A stretch of DNA of 64,000 bases, taken from assembly GCF_037042905.1 (NCBI RefSeq), contig NC_087257.1:16616001-16680000 (forward strand), given 5' to 3'. The notes under the pieces were generated by a model. That model searched no databases, was not told the origin of the DNA, and saw only the letters and a program-made list of their open reading frames with translations. The stretch comes from Lytechinus pictus. Lineage: Eukaryota. Each line of letters starts with the position of its first letter. The first letter of the stretch is position 1. Below are positions 51,065 to 64,000 of this stretch, piece by piece. The translations under genes and the position numbers were made by a program.

Positions 51065-51235
51065 AAGGTTTATCGCTAATCAGAACCGCAATGCATCATG
51101 GGATCGAAAAGGGGGCCGTTAGCTAGCTCTGCGCACGCGCACTGCGGACTGTCCTTAGTGCACGTGCTTGGAGCTAGCTTGATTGCCCCCTTTTCGATCC
51201 CATAAGGCATTGCGGTTCTGTTAGTGATAAATCTT
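51065..51235. repeat. Near-perfect palindrome or MITE
   Basis: Arms cagaaccgcaatgc..atgggatcgaaaagggggc and gcccccttttcgatcccat..gcattgcggttctg. Confidence 0.8.
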
Positions 51236-51468
51236 GAACATGGCATGATTCCACTATGATACACGTTTTCCATAGACCCTTGCCCAGGTTATCATGGTCA
51301 TAGGGCTGAATGGGTTAACAAGCCTACAATTACTAGTAGTATTACTAAGATTCGCTTTTGAGATGACTACTTATTTCAATCGAACTGATGGCAAGCTAAT
51401 GTAATTCATGCATCTGATTGGCTAGGACCACATCTCCAAACAAAACCACTTACATGACATCATTGTGT

Positions 51469-51599
51469 TGGTGCAAGAACGCTCTCGCCAAACTTTCGCA
51501 CTTCATATGCATGCAAAAACGCCTAAAGCAGCACGCATAAGGGCATTTCTGCACCGATGTGGTGTGCGAAAAATGTTTTGCGAAGGGTGTTCTTGCACC
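51469..51599. repeat. Imperfect palindrome or MITE
   Basis: ggtgcaagaac / gttcttgcacc termini with further internal complementarity. Confidence 0.65.
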
Positions 51600-51702
51600 G
51601 CCACAAAAACTAACATGCTATTGTGTACAATCCATTTTATACAGATACTGTACTCATTACTAAAAAAAAAGATTTATGGCCTTGGTCTTATTTTCCTGCA
51701 AA

Positions 51703-51909
51703 TACATTCTAACCCGTCTATAAAGACAACATATGGGAGACGAGAAAAAGGGTCTTTTTGACAGGTGGTCATTGTGAACAGGTTCCTGTAATACATGTTT
51801 CAATGCAGAATGCTTTGAGGAAAACCAAACTTAATGGACAGGTATGTACACTTAATTATAGACTTGTGGTCCTTCTATAAGGGTGGTTGTTACAGCAAGT
51901 TTGACTGTA
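51703..51909. mobile_element. Decayed Tc1/pogo-like MITE
   Basis: Right end gtttgactg|ta, repeated acaggt motifs. Confidence 0.45.
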
Positions 51910-52884
51910 CGTGTATGCATTCCAATCCGTACACACTGAGTTCTAACTGACTGACTCCATGAAATAAAAACTATTTGAGTGCTTCACAAAATACAAGTAA
52001 AAGACTTCTCTAAGTCTGCGACAACCATTGAAATCTAAACGTCTTGGATAAATATTGAAAGAGACGAGTTTGAACAGAAACCACCACTGGCTTCTGGCCC
52101 AGTCGGTGGTGTTCCTTTGGTGAAAGCGGGCGGCTCTTGTCAAACGGTCGGCACCGGCTACCTGCCAATCAACCTGTCTCTGGCACCCCTCGGAGAAACC
52201 AAAGAACACGAGATGTCCACTGGCTACCCCCAGTCCAGCTCCAGGGAATCTGTTACTAAAAGCCCCATTCGCACTATGATAAATATGTTACAAACTCCTT
52301 GATAGGAATTCATTGAAATCGGTATTGTGAATTGAAATTGTTAGTGTGAACTGAAACTATACCCTCTTGCATGTGCAATTCATGTTTTGAAATTATTATC
52401 ACAAATTCAATGGCAATTCAGCCTTCTAGGTAATGAAACTTGAAAAAATAGATCTTGAAGCATGTTGAAAATTTCATTAAATAAATCTCACAGACAGTCG
52501 TTTCAGTGATTTGGAGAGGAATCTTATTTTAGTTGCTTCATTAGACATGTCTTACATCACACCTAGTCTGCAGGCATAGACCCTGATTAAATATTTTATC
52601 AACAAGGGGTCTTCACACAAGACTAGCAAAAACAAAAGGGGCCTTCTGTACATAAATCAATGCCAGGGAGCTTTATAGGCTGAATATTCAGACCACTTTT
52701 CTCAAATGAAGGGTTTGCACAACAATGTCAAACATGCATAGACAAGGATGATTTCATTTTTTTTTAAACACACATCTGTATTGGCAACTTTTGAAATCAC
52801 AAAATATAATCACTGTGAGTACAGAACACATTTTTATTAATAATTTGGCAATGCAAAATGGAAAATAAAGCTGAGAGAATGAAC

Positions 52885-53140
52885 AAAAAAATCCATATTT
52901 TATTGTTCGAAATAGACATGAAATGAAATACTCAGAAAGTTTGCATTGCCCAATTGATCGTGGGCCCGGCAGCCGCTGTGCAGCGCCAGATCGACGAGGC
53001 TCTATCCCTTTAATCGTTGAACGCCAAACAGGGTAGCAGCAAATCCCATATTTAATGTCTTTTGGTCTGACGCGGCAGGTGTTTGAACCCCCGACCTCCC
53101 GGTTGTGAGACGGATGCTCTACCAACTGAGCCAACACACC
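52885..53140 (-). mobile_element. tRNA-derived SINE, family C
   Basis: On -: TGGCTCAGTTGGTAGAGC...GGTTCAAAC head, then a non-tRNA body ending aataaaatatggattt. Confidence 0.8.
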
Positions 53141-53541
53141 ATTGCATGTTAACAATCAACATAATAACATCCAACAGAACACAAGAATTTGAGGCACATT
53201 CGGGGGAAATAATAATTGAAGTCTCCATCAATCTTGAAAGAAAGTGTTGTACATTTCAAGTCTTCACTGCAGTACTTGTCTGAATCAAGATGCATCAATG
53301 AAATATACATAGGCAGATACGCCTACTCGCTTCCGGAACTTTAGGAGGGAGCTGCTAATTTGAGACTTTCAAGAGTTTGCTATCGTGTTTTCTCAAGAAC
53401 TTTGCCTCCTTGCTGCCTCCTCACAAGTTCTTGAAGGCAGCTCTGGCTTCATCTCCGGTCTTAAGCACCCGGAAGACAGGAAAAATCATTACCACTTCCA
53501 TAGGAAGGGAATATTTCATTACATTCATTTGGTTTGCAAGC

Positions 53542-53978
53542 CAGGGCTCCATACTAACCCTTTTTTTAAATTTCTACCGGTCCGACCTGATCATGTAGGA
53601 CCAGTACATACCCAGTTTTTCCATTTTTTACTGGACCGAACCTAAAATTTACTGGTCCCAAATAATAAAGAAAAATATAAAAAGAGACTTGAGCTTAATT
53701 TGCTGTCTTTTAGTGCTTGTTACCCCCCCCCCAAAAAAAAAACCCCTAACAAACAACAAATAGTATACACACACAACAAAATTCATGAGAGCTATTGTTT
53801 TAGTTAGATGCCAGAGCCATTTTTATAATTTACAAAGGAGAAGAAAATATATTTCAGTTAGATATAATCTTACTGGTCATGTCGGACCAGTAAATCTGGC
53901 TATTTCTGAAAAGTTACTGGCCCGACAGCACTTTTCACCGGTCTGGGACCGTCGGACTAGTGCCAGAGTCGCGTGCTG
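53542..53978. mobile_element. hAT-like non-autonomous element
   Basis: CAG...CTG termini, near-TSD tgcaagc / tacaagc, repeated ggacc(a/g)gt subterminal motifs. Confidence 0.7.
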
Positions 53979-54091
53979 TACAAGCCATTGGTCAACAAAT
54001 ATTTGGTCTAATTGTCATTTGGTCTACTCTACTCTACACATATTCTAATACCCACTGAGTCTAATTCTCATAAAGTATGATGCCCAAACTT

Positions 54092-54228
54092 GGGTCCGTT
54101 TCATTAAACTTTAATCATAATAACAAATTTGCAATAAACGTTAAATCCTTCAAGCTGATTGGCTGATGGAAAATTTGTTACAGAAATTGTACATTTGTTA
54201 TTATAACAAGTATTTATGAAAAGGGGCC
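54092..54228. mobile_element. Short MITE, PIF/Harbinger-like
   Basis: gggtccgtttcattaaactt ... aagtatttatgaaaaggggcc|cag, central tgattggc. Confidence 0.65.
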
Positions 54229-54433
54229 CAGGTCTGATTCCCACTTCATCTACATACCATTGGAAGGTACTATCTTTGGAATAGATGCTGCACGCCTTTC
54301 TCGAACTGAATGAAAATTTTCAGAAGTTGCTAAAAGAATACACAGCCCCCATCGATTTTAGAGCAAAGAAGAAATGCAAACTGGCAAACAGGAGACCGAT
54401 CTAGGGGAGATGTGAAGTCAGTTTCATCTATTA

Positions 54434-54706
54434 AATAATAATAATAGCTGGATTTATAAAGTGCTTTTTGCCTGAGGATACAAAGCGCTGCTATTATTAC
54501 CCCGGCTTTAGCCTGAGCTACCATCACCGGCTCTCAGTGCATGCAAGGACTTACTCCTGCCGGGTACCCATTCACCTCACCTGGGTCGAGTGCAGCACAG
54601 TGTGGATAAATTTCTTGCTGAAGGAAAACACGCCATGGCTGGGATTCGAACCCACAACCCTCTGTTTCAAAGGCGAGAGTCAGAACCACTAGACCACAAC
54701 GCACCC
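54434..54706 (-). mobile_element. tRNA-derived SINE, family A
   Basis: Reverse-complement homologue of 7862-8130 over its whole length. Confidence 0.9.
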
Positions 54707-57700
54707 ACGAAAATGCACCCAACTGGGGCATTTCGCAAAGAATCAAGAAGATAAAATGTCATTCTTATATGCCAATCTCACTGAATGACAAGCAGGAGTG
54801 CACGTCCCTTGAGCAGAGATGCATATTGTACCATATGTGACTGGGAAGTTAAAGCGAGATTTCAGTCACTAAATCTTTGTAAAACAATGAAGCTACAGCT
54901 TGTGGTGACGGTTCACGCTTGGTAAAATATATGTCAGCAGAATGCAGGTTCAATGCCCTACAGGTCATTGCACTCCATACTTTGTCCACTTCTCGGCCTG
55001 CTTCAACCGGTCATTGCATGTCGATGACCAACGGAAAGTTTACAAACATAAGTTCAAGAAATAGCCCATTCAGACGAGAGCAAACTTGCACAAAACTGGT
55101 ACAGAAAAACACCGCAAAGGTGAAAAAAGTATTGTCACAAAGTAGTACGATTAAAAAATGAAGTCATATATTTCATCAAGAAGTGATTGTGAAAATATGG
55201 CAGCCAGTCATTTTCTGCAGGCAATCAATTAGTTATGTGCCAACACTTATTCAAAGTCCTATATGGTTTTCAAAATGATAAAATGACAATGAGATTGCAT
55301 CAAGAAACAGTTCGAAATGCAGTTCAGAGATGCAATGCTTTTTAACAGGCAACTTTAGTCTTCAAAGGAAAAAAATAATGATTTGAATAATGCCTATAAT
55401 TTTGAATTTTTAACATGGCTATACCATGAATTTTTATAGTGTGAACAGGTATGTAATGAGAAGAACCGATCACAAGCCTATGGTCAATCCACACATTACT
55501 TTCTCTCCGCTGGAATGTTAAGTTAGACACGTGGCTGCAATTAGCCCTCTAGCTTTAATCATATGGCGTAATTCCGAAAACTGCTGTGTCAATGAACTTA
55601 CGTCTCGTTTCCCTTTTCAAACCTGCAGCTTCCAAAGATAGGTTTAATTTAATTTTATTTAGCTCCTAATGACAAGAAGCCCTCCCCATATGGGATGTGG
55701 GATAATGCTAATAATGCGTGCTTATGTCAAATTGGTGGTTAATTTTTCCATCAGAATATATAAAGTCATACCATACTATAGCATAACATCAGTGATTATT
55801 CATTTTGAATCTACAAGGTTTTAGACAAACAGAGAAGTTATCACATACCTCATTCAGCAAACCAAAATAATCAACAAAAAGGTCCAAAGGAACCTGGGGC
55901 TGTTTTCAGATAGCCGCTCGCAAAATCATGCATTATTCTTTTCAAAAACTTTTGTTATTCTTTCTAGTATCTAGGTTATAGAAAGTCAGTCATAGAAGAT
56001 GAATGACACGCAAAATACTAAAGACCATGTTGTCCTAGCTCAAATGGTCAAATCTTTGCCAAAACGTGTTTATAGTATGCAAATCAAGCTACATTGCAAA
56101 GTATCAAGCAAACAGAACGCAACAATAGTATCGGATGCATGCACGGGCACACATACACCCAAACTTCTCCAGCCAATAGGGGAAAAGTGGCACAAAAAGG
56201 AGATTCGCCTTCCGGAGAAAAAGGTCGACTTTTCCAGTGATTCCATCGAGCCACAAGGTCAATGGCAAATGGAGGAGGCAGAGGGCACGCTGAGGATATT
56301 CAAAGGAGATTACAGGATGTTACAACGCAGGGTTCTCCTGCGCTTCACAGCATGAAAAGACATTATGAGGGGGAGGGTGCCTCCTGCTCTGATCCACACT
56401 AGAATCATAGGTCCGCAAGCCTGGAAAATTGCGATGCGGAGACTGAGTGAGAGACAGAGAATCTTGCCAATTTTGCGTCGGGAATGTAACAAAAGTCACG
56501 TTACACGGGTTAAACTTGGGTGCTTTTTGCATTCCATCACATAATGAAGGTCCTATACTAGCAGAGTACCTATAGATTTATTCCCAACAATTTACATGTT
56601 CTTCATTCGCTGTCTACTCTAAACAGACGTGGCCATCTGGACATACCAGATTACAAATTACAAATCAGGTTACAAATTACAGGTAAAATTATATTTCTAA
56701 ACTATATTGTAGAACATAAGATGGTATAGAGGAAAATAATACAAGGCATGGAGAAAAAAAATCACATTGTTGCATTGACTAAATATCATAAATTGTCATT
56801 CATAGAACATCACATAATTTTATAAAAACATGAAAAGTTAAGGTAACAATTAAATCCAATATCTCATCTCTCTTATTCCAAATAAAATAAGGGGGAAAAA
56901 AAGCAAGATCATGACATAAACCACACTTTTGGTCTTTTGGAGGAAGAAAATTTATACTATATTACATTTATGACTAAGATAAATCTGTAAGTTCAATCTG
57001 TAACTTCCTCTTTGGGTAGAATTTGACTCTCGATTTCATTACAGGCTCTCTACAACCTGCCATGTTGCTCAATTACATCGGAGGGATGGGAATTGGAATA
57101 TAGTTCAAGAGTCAAGGATCATGAGAAGTTTGTCAGTGATTTCCACTCACTAAATTTGCTCTCAGCCAATCAGATCCAAGGATTTCAGTAGCTTGTTGTA
57201 GCAGTTGTCAGTGAGACTGTGTTTCATGAAATGCTGCCCTAGAGTCAAGGATCATACCTTCTTTGGGACTGAGGAACTTTGCGCGGCCTCAGGCTTCCTT
57301 GAAGTTGAAATACTATGCAAGTTCACTGGCAAGACACTTTGCACTTGATGCACCAAACCCAACTGTGGATTCCATTTCACAGAACTTGTTATAATAATGA
57401 ATTTGGAATAACGGTAATAAGCTACTGAAATCCTTCAGTCTGATTGGTTGATAGTGAATGTGTCATAAAAATTGTGCATTTGTGAAAGAGGACTCTAAGA
57501 GTAGACTAGGCTTAGAGCATATCTGCCTAATATCCTGCACTTGGGTTCAAGTACATGTACATCTACTCAAAATGAACACAGGATCTTGAAGTTCTTTATA
57601 ATCACACGATTCCTAAGTCTGAGAAATTTGAAAATTTACTTGAAATTCAACTATTGTTCAAAAGGTTAACCAATGGAGACAGAGTGATTTCACTACAGTA

Positions 57701-58499
57701 CAACACATGTTTTCCATAGAATCTAGTCCGCATTGAGGGTTCCGTCTCCAACGGGTTAAAATAACCCCATGCATGAAAGAGACATTACAAACTTATAGGC
57801 TTGAACCAGAATCTACATGTAGGAAGTATGGTTACACTTACAGGAGTCTGCGGATAAAGACTACTACCACAACACAATGAATGGCAGCAGTGATTTTTCT
57901 GTGGTGAATTTACAGTTTATGTACACAAGGACTGCCAGAGACCCTTTCACACAAAACTCTTTTGTTAGTACATTTCAAAATTGGGTCACACATTTATTTT
58001 AGGCCTATATACTTATTCCTATAAAATGACCCAACTTCCCCCATCCCCCCCCCCCCCAAAAAAAAAAAAAAAAAAAAAAAAATCATAAATTAATGAATGA
58101 AAAAAAAAACCAATAGAATAAGAGAAAGAAAAAAAAAACACAGAAGAGGTTTTCAACACACATAAGAAATTTAGGACTACTCATACTGCACAAATGTAGG
58201 TCTATGGAAATATCCCCACATCTATCTCTCTTTCATCCAGCCCTGACATCTTTTAATTCAATCTGAATTCAATCTGAGTTGCTCTATAAATTAGGATGCA
58301 TTTTTTTTTGTGTGGAAAACGTATTCAAAGAGGATAAAGGGATAATCCTTTTTCTGCCATTATCAGATTCAATAGATTCCATATTGAAATGACAAAACAG
58401 CTTGAGAGGGAGAGAAAGAGGGAGGGGGATGGGTAGAGAAGGGATTAAGAGAGGGGAGGATTAAGGGAGGGGAGGGGTAAAGAGGGGATTAAGATGGGA

Positions 58500-59125
58500 G
58501 GGGCAGCGAGGAAAGTGATAACTTCCAATTTGCATGACATTAAAACAAATAAAATCCATAAAGCCAATTCTCTATGGTGTGCTAAAAACCAGGAGAGTTT
58601 TCCTTCAACCATGGACCCTACCAAAAATGCTTTAACTATCCGTTAAAAAAATAGAGAGAGTGAAAGAAAGTGGGGGGAAGAAATCAGAGAAACAGCTTAC
58701 ATTCTCAATTCAAACTACATAAAACCAAGGAGATATAGGTGACATCTCTTTGATAAAACACATTAAAAACATACAAGTATAGGCCTAAAGCTAATTTCTC
58801 TAAGGTGTGCTAAAAATAGGATAAGTTTTCCTTCAACTATCCTTCACTTCAAAAAAGTAAAATAATTGGAGGAGAGGGGGGATGAAACAGAGGGTAGGGA
58901 ATTAGGATGAGCTAATGTTCTCAATTCACACAGTACATAAAACATATAGGCCTATACCATAAGTATCTGTGGTGTGCTAAATATATTAAGAGCTACTAGC
59001 AGAGACAAAGATAAAAAAGAAAGGGGAGAGAAAAGGAAGAGAGTGGGAGAAAGAAAAAAAAAAGAGGGGAGGGGGGTGAGGAGTCAGGAAAGTGCTAATG
59101 TTCTTAAAGTTTTCCTTCAGGAATG
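58500..59125. repeat. Degenerate tandem repeat, about three units of 170-230 bp
   Basis: ggtgtgctaaa x3, agttttccttca x3, ttctcaattca...tacataaaac x2. Confidence 0.65.
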
Positions 59126-60058
59126 CTTCAATAGGAAGAAGGCCAGAGCAAAGAATAGGATCAGGAATTCACAAAGGGGATTGAAGCTTGAGTGATTGCT
59201 CAACGAGTTATTCATCAAAGAGAGGGAGAAAAAAAATTGTAACCAGCGCTGATTGAATGCATACACCTCTGCACCTGGGTGAAAGGGGGCTATACGAGTA
59301 GGTCCATGATACTAGGTCCATGATACTACGCAGCTTTGCTATAGCGAGAGCCAAGGGTTGCGTGTGGTTTGGAGGCAAGTTCAAGAAAGGGAAATGATGA
59401 TATGACGGAATTGCACAGAAAATGTACGTGCCTTCTTATGAAAGAAAGGAATAGAAAGAAATTATAGGGAAAGAGGGAAAAGGGTGGGCAGGGGGAGAGG
59501 ATAAAGATGCAGGAAAAGAGAGTGAGAAGAAAGAGGAAGAGAGAAGAAAAAAAGAGAAATAAAGAGCAGGAGAGAGAAGAAAAATAAAGATGGGGGCAGA
59601 AATCAAAGAGTGGGGGAGGCTTGCTGAAAATGGAATGGAAGCTAAAATATTACTAAAGACATAAAGCAAAGAATGGAAAGACCAACATCAATTGTAAAAA
59701 GATTGTTTTCATTCATGAAAAGGCCTACAAAAAATGTAAATATGAAAATGAAATATGACAAGTGATAAAGGAATGTCATACTATTGGTGAACATCAGGAA
59801 ATATAAGTGAACATATTAATGATAAAATAAAGCAATGGAAGAGAGGAACATTGACATATTAAAAATTAAAAAATATATATATAGTAAGAGAAAAATTGTG
59901 GAATGAAAGAACTTAGAGACAAATATACAGAGTTCAAGAAATTGAAAGCAATGACAGTCTAAATGAAAATAAATTTAAAAAGAAGCACCTCTTATTACAA
60001 ACATAATATTAACAGAAAAAAAGAGTGAATTGTAGTTTCTCTCTGGAAAAGCGCTTAC

Positions 60059-60350
60059 CTTGGTAATACTGAACCAAATCCTGGGAAATATTATAATCAC
60101 ATCCAAACAAAATCCATTTTATGATTGGCAACCGTCACCACGTAAGAAAATAATAATAAACTTTATATCCCGGTGAGAAGAGAATATCCAAATGGTTCAC
60201 AACCTCGCAGCTCAGCTCTGCAATCTCACCTTGAACCGATAAAATCACCAGATATATAATGCAAAGACATATAAGATCGCCGGTTTGAGAGTAAGGTTCC
60301 AGCAATGTGTTCCTGATCAGGTTTGCATAGCGACTGACTGGCCGAGCTCC
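60059..60350 (-). other. Candidate 5' non-coding exon of the GRB-like gene (5' boundary approximate)
   Basis: Near-consensus donor AAG|gtaagc at 60058-60053; unique-looking sequence upstream. No transcript evidence. Confidence 0.4.
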
Positions 60351-62319
60351 AACTGATGGAGTAGTATACTTCCCCTTCTTACTTCTGCTGCTATACTACG
60401 AAGGTTAGGAATATTACATGCGTGTGAGTGTACCAAGCATCAGTCCTTTATTTACAATGCAAGTGTAGATTCCACTGCACGGAGCATGGAGGGAGCCAGT
60501 AAAGCTAGAGAGGTCTTATACCAAGCACCGAGAGAGCGTTGAATAGCGATGAAAGGAGAGCGAGGGAGAGGGGGAGGGCATGCACGTCTGTACAGTTCGG
60601 CGGTTTGTTGGCTTTCTGTTGTAGCTTCACACTGTTTGAGTGAAGTCTGCAGATTAGCTGGGGGAGCTGAGAGTGAGAGATGGTGCAGGGGTAGTCTTCT
60701 GTTTCAGACCCTGTGATTTATGGTTCTTGGTTACCAGATTGTGAGGACCTTGAGTCTGTCTCTTCACAAAGACCGATGTTTGTGGTTATTTTGCCATTAT
60801 GTTAGCGATCATCTAATACCTTCATTTTGATTTTGAGCCTTTTTAACACTGTAGTTGACTGTAGTGTTGTTGAAATAAAAATGGCAAAGTTATCATAACT
60901 CATTTATGAAACTGGCCAATACTTCATCTTACACACATCACCATCATTCCGCATTAATTTCTCTTTGAAAATGAATTGATGACCGTACTAGGCCTACATG
61001 TAGTATAGCAAACACAAATCATGTCAGAAGATATAACTAGATTGGTAACCTACAAACATTACGACCTATCCTAATACCATGTGAAATTTGTAAGGATGAA
61101 TACCTGACATTTCCATCAGCGCACCAATCTGAAAAGGAGAGAGAAAATCTAGTAGGGGGGGTGCAAGGGGTGCAGGCGGAAAGTGAGGGATGGGGAGGGG
61201 GGGTCCGCAGAAGGGCCGTCTCAGCGGGGCACTCTAGTTTGATGCTAATGCAAAGTGGCAAGCCCCCTCAGACTGTCTATTACGATGCCCTGCATGGGGC
61301 GTTGCCATAAAAAGAGACCAAGCAGAATGAATTTGAGTTAATGGGGAAAAAAATCCTAAAAAAGTAAAGTTGAGAGAAAAAGTGAATCTGTAAACGCAAT
61401 CAGTACAGAGTCGTGAGTTCATCTAACAACCTTTTGAGACTTCATCTAAAAAACTTTCCCCTGAGTCTTTTCACACAAGAAAAAACTTTCATGTGAAAAC
61501 TGATCTAATTAATTCAAATGTTCTCTGGTACATCACTTCTTTGTCCAATTTTTTAAAAAGTCTATTTGGTATCATTCCACATGTTAAAAAAACAATCTTA
61601 AAATAACAGTTGGTCTACTATCAGAGTCTCTCCTCTCTCTGGACTAATAATCATTTGGTCTAATTATCACTCCATTTAATCCTTCTTTGTCTATTGTCTA
61701 ATATCCACACTCCAATTGCCACACTTTCCATGTCACGTGTTCAAGTAAGATATGATCAATCCATACAATGCCCGCATAGTCTGAAACGACTCAAGCTTAT
61801 CTAAATGGTAATTAACAAATGGTCAATGATCAGACAATGAAGGGAAAATAGGCATCCGCTGTACCCAGACAGACAAAACACAAATTAGTTTATGATGTAT
61901 AAGACCAAGTAATGAATGAAGTATGAACCAAGTGGCAAATAGACAATGGAATTAATACAATGATGTTTAAAAAAACCAACTAGGAATACCAACAACTGGC
62001 ATCATTATTACACCAAGAATCATAAATATGACCTTGAGTGCTTCACAAAAAAGGTTTCAAAAGTAGTGACATGAAAAATCTTGTTACAGTCAAGAAAATT
62101 CTACTTCCTTTGGGAAGCCTTCGCTGCAGCATCAACAACTTCAACATCTCCGATGAAGGTCTGTTGAAAGTTGCAATATCATATTAACAGAAAACTTGCA
62201 TAAACTATAAATGGGCATTCATGCTGGAAGGTACTGCCTAGAAAACCCCAAACAGGGCAATTCATCGCAACAAAAGACATTTTCATGTCATCACACCAAT
62301 AAACCCAATCAGTCATTTT

Positions 62320-62723
62320 GGCCCGAATTCACAAAGGTGGTTTTGAAAACCCATGGTTTATGCAGATTTCCTGTATAAATTATGCTTATATTACCGCGTA
62401 TATTAAAAAATGTCCAATGCTGATGCGCGCTTTTGTCACAGTGCGCCCAATTGACGCATGTTGTTGTGGTTATCCATGCTATTTTATTCATGAGTCCACT
62501 GTTTTGAATTAATGAGCCCACTCTTCAAACAGTGGACCATTGCATATCTAACCATGGTAACAGGCGTCAATTTGGCGCACTGTGACAAAAGCGCGCAACA
62601 GCATTGGACATTTTTTATACACGCTCCCGATACGCGCTAAATTAAGCGTAATTTATACAGGAAATCTACATAAACCATTGATTCAGCCGTGGGTTTTCAA
62701 AACCACCTTTGTGAATTAGGGCC
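62320..62723. mobile_element. Foldback MITE, about 400 bp
   Basis: Arms ggcccgaattcacaaaggtggttttgaaaaccca...gcgcgcttttgtcacagtgcgcc and their reverse complement. Confidence 0.85.
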
Positions 62724-64000
62724 TTTGAGTTCTTATAATGATTCAAAGATTTTTTTCTGTATGTAACCCCCCCCCCCCCTTCCCCCTTTGTCTACCAGGT
62801 TCTTTGCCCATCTATCCACTCCTCATTGTCTAGGCTCTTTGCCCACCTCCCTGCTCCTCGTCAGGACGACGATGGCGATGGGGATTTTGTTTGAGAGCCT
62901 GGACTCCTAATGACGACTCTACACTGTCATGGAAGAGGATTAGAAATGACAGGCCCAGCATGACAAATGCTGACTGACAAGTTCACAGAGCTCCGAAGAA
63001 GAGAGAGGAAAAAGAAAACGTTCCTCTTCGATCTTCGGGCAGCGATGAATGCAGGTATCCAGCGTCTACCCCTGTAGCGGTTCATTTATGAAAATGTATC
63101 TCCTCAGCTTCTCTATGCTTCAATCTATCTGTGTCTCTCTCACGCTCCATCTCTGTCCGTCTATCATTCTCTGTCTCACACTGCTTGGTTTCTAACTGCT
63201 TCAATCCATCTCCATCTCTCTTGCTCTGTCTCTGTCTTGCCGTATTTGTTTCTCATCTCTCCATCAACTTACAACTTGTTTGCATTCTCTACTCTCTTCC
63301 TTCCATTCTTTGTCTCTTCCAGAATTCTGCCTGCCCCTCCTTTTTTTCTCCCTTTACTATGCTTTCCATCTCCTCATCCTTCTTAACTTTTTCTTATAAC
63401 ATATTGAGGCTACCCCATCACTCTCCCACATTGCGCTCCTCCTGCCCCCCCCCTCCTCCTTCTCCTGCCCCTCCTCCTCCACCTCTCTGCCTCTCTCTCT
63501 CTACCCCTCACTTCTCCATCTTTCTCTGTCTATCCCCCTCTCTCCTTAATCCTAGTTAATACTACAGCATCAACACCAAACCCAAATGCAAAGTTACATG
63601 TCCTAGGCCAATATATAATGCGAAGCAGAGAAGATTTGAATCTTCAAGCAAAGCAATGTGCCATTCATTTTGACCTTCACCAACTTCGAGCAGACTCAGC
63701 AGCTGCTGAATGGGAGTGGACATGTTGAATCCCCACAAATTATCTCCTCCTTCCATCATCTCCACCATCACCATGGAGACGGACGACACTTAAGGTCTTC
63801 AGACTCCAGTGGGCAGCTTGACCAGATGGGTAGGGTTGAGTCTGGGGTAGGGGTCTGTAGGAACCCTGGTGCCATGGAAGCGCCAGAGACGTCCATCCCG
63901 CCATTATCTATGGCCAAAACACGATTTCTCTTAACCACAGAAGCATTTATAAAGACTATAATAAATCCTGTGGAGCCCCATTTCACTTGAAGTACTAGGC

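Noticed and set aside
51943-52260. Possible extra 5' exon of the GRB gene (also a donor-like AAG|gtatga at 57257)
   Set aside because: Splice signals are weak or ambiguous and there is no coding homology.
63562-63990. Short overlapping ORFs at the window end
   Set aside because: No recognisable domain or clear splice pattern; could be UTR or a further upstream exon but cannot be supported.

Overview
This is AT-rich eukaryotic (animal) genomic DNA with GT-AG introns, tRNA-derived SINEs and dense non-autonomous DNA transposons. The repeat style and gene content suggest an invertebrate deuterostome, most likely a sea urchin (inference). Two convergent genes can be assembled by hand with consistent intron phases. 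(1) An inositol polyphosphate 1-phosphatase (INPP1) on +, 4 coding exons, 363..3867, about 384 aa. (2) A GRB7/10/14-family adaptor on -, 13 coding exons, 50709..20095, about 723 aa, with a [10 protein letters not shown] motif, PDPFPEL motif and RA, PH, BPS and SH2 domains; candidate upstream exons lie near 60.1 kb and 62.9 kb. Nearly all other ORFs in the track are spurious. The most unusual signal is in the GRB gene: the 3' end of an exon together with its 5' splice site has been tandemly copied into the following intron at two confirmed exons and one candidate exon, giving arrays of spare donors whose use would truncate the protein. The gene also has an AG|GTAAAG recursive-splice-like acceptor on its start-codon exon and competing donors around the PDPFPEL motif. 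There is one N gap at 27335-27465. All calls were made by eye, with no database searches.
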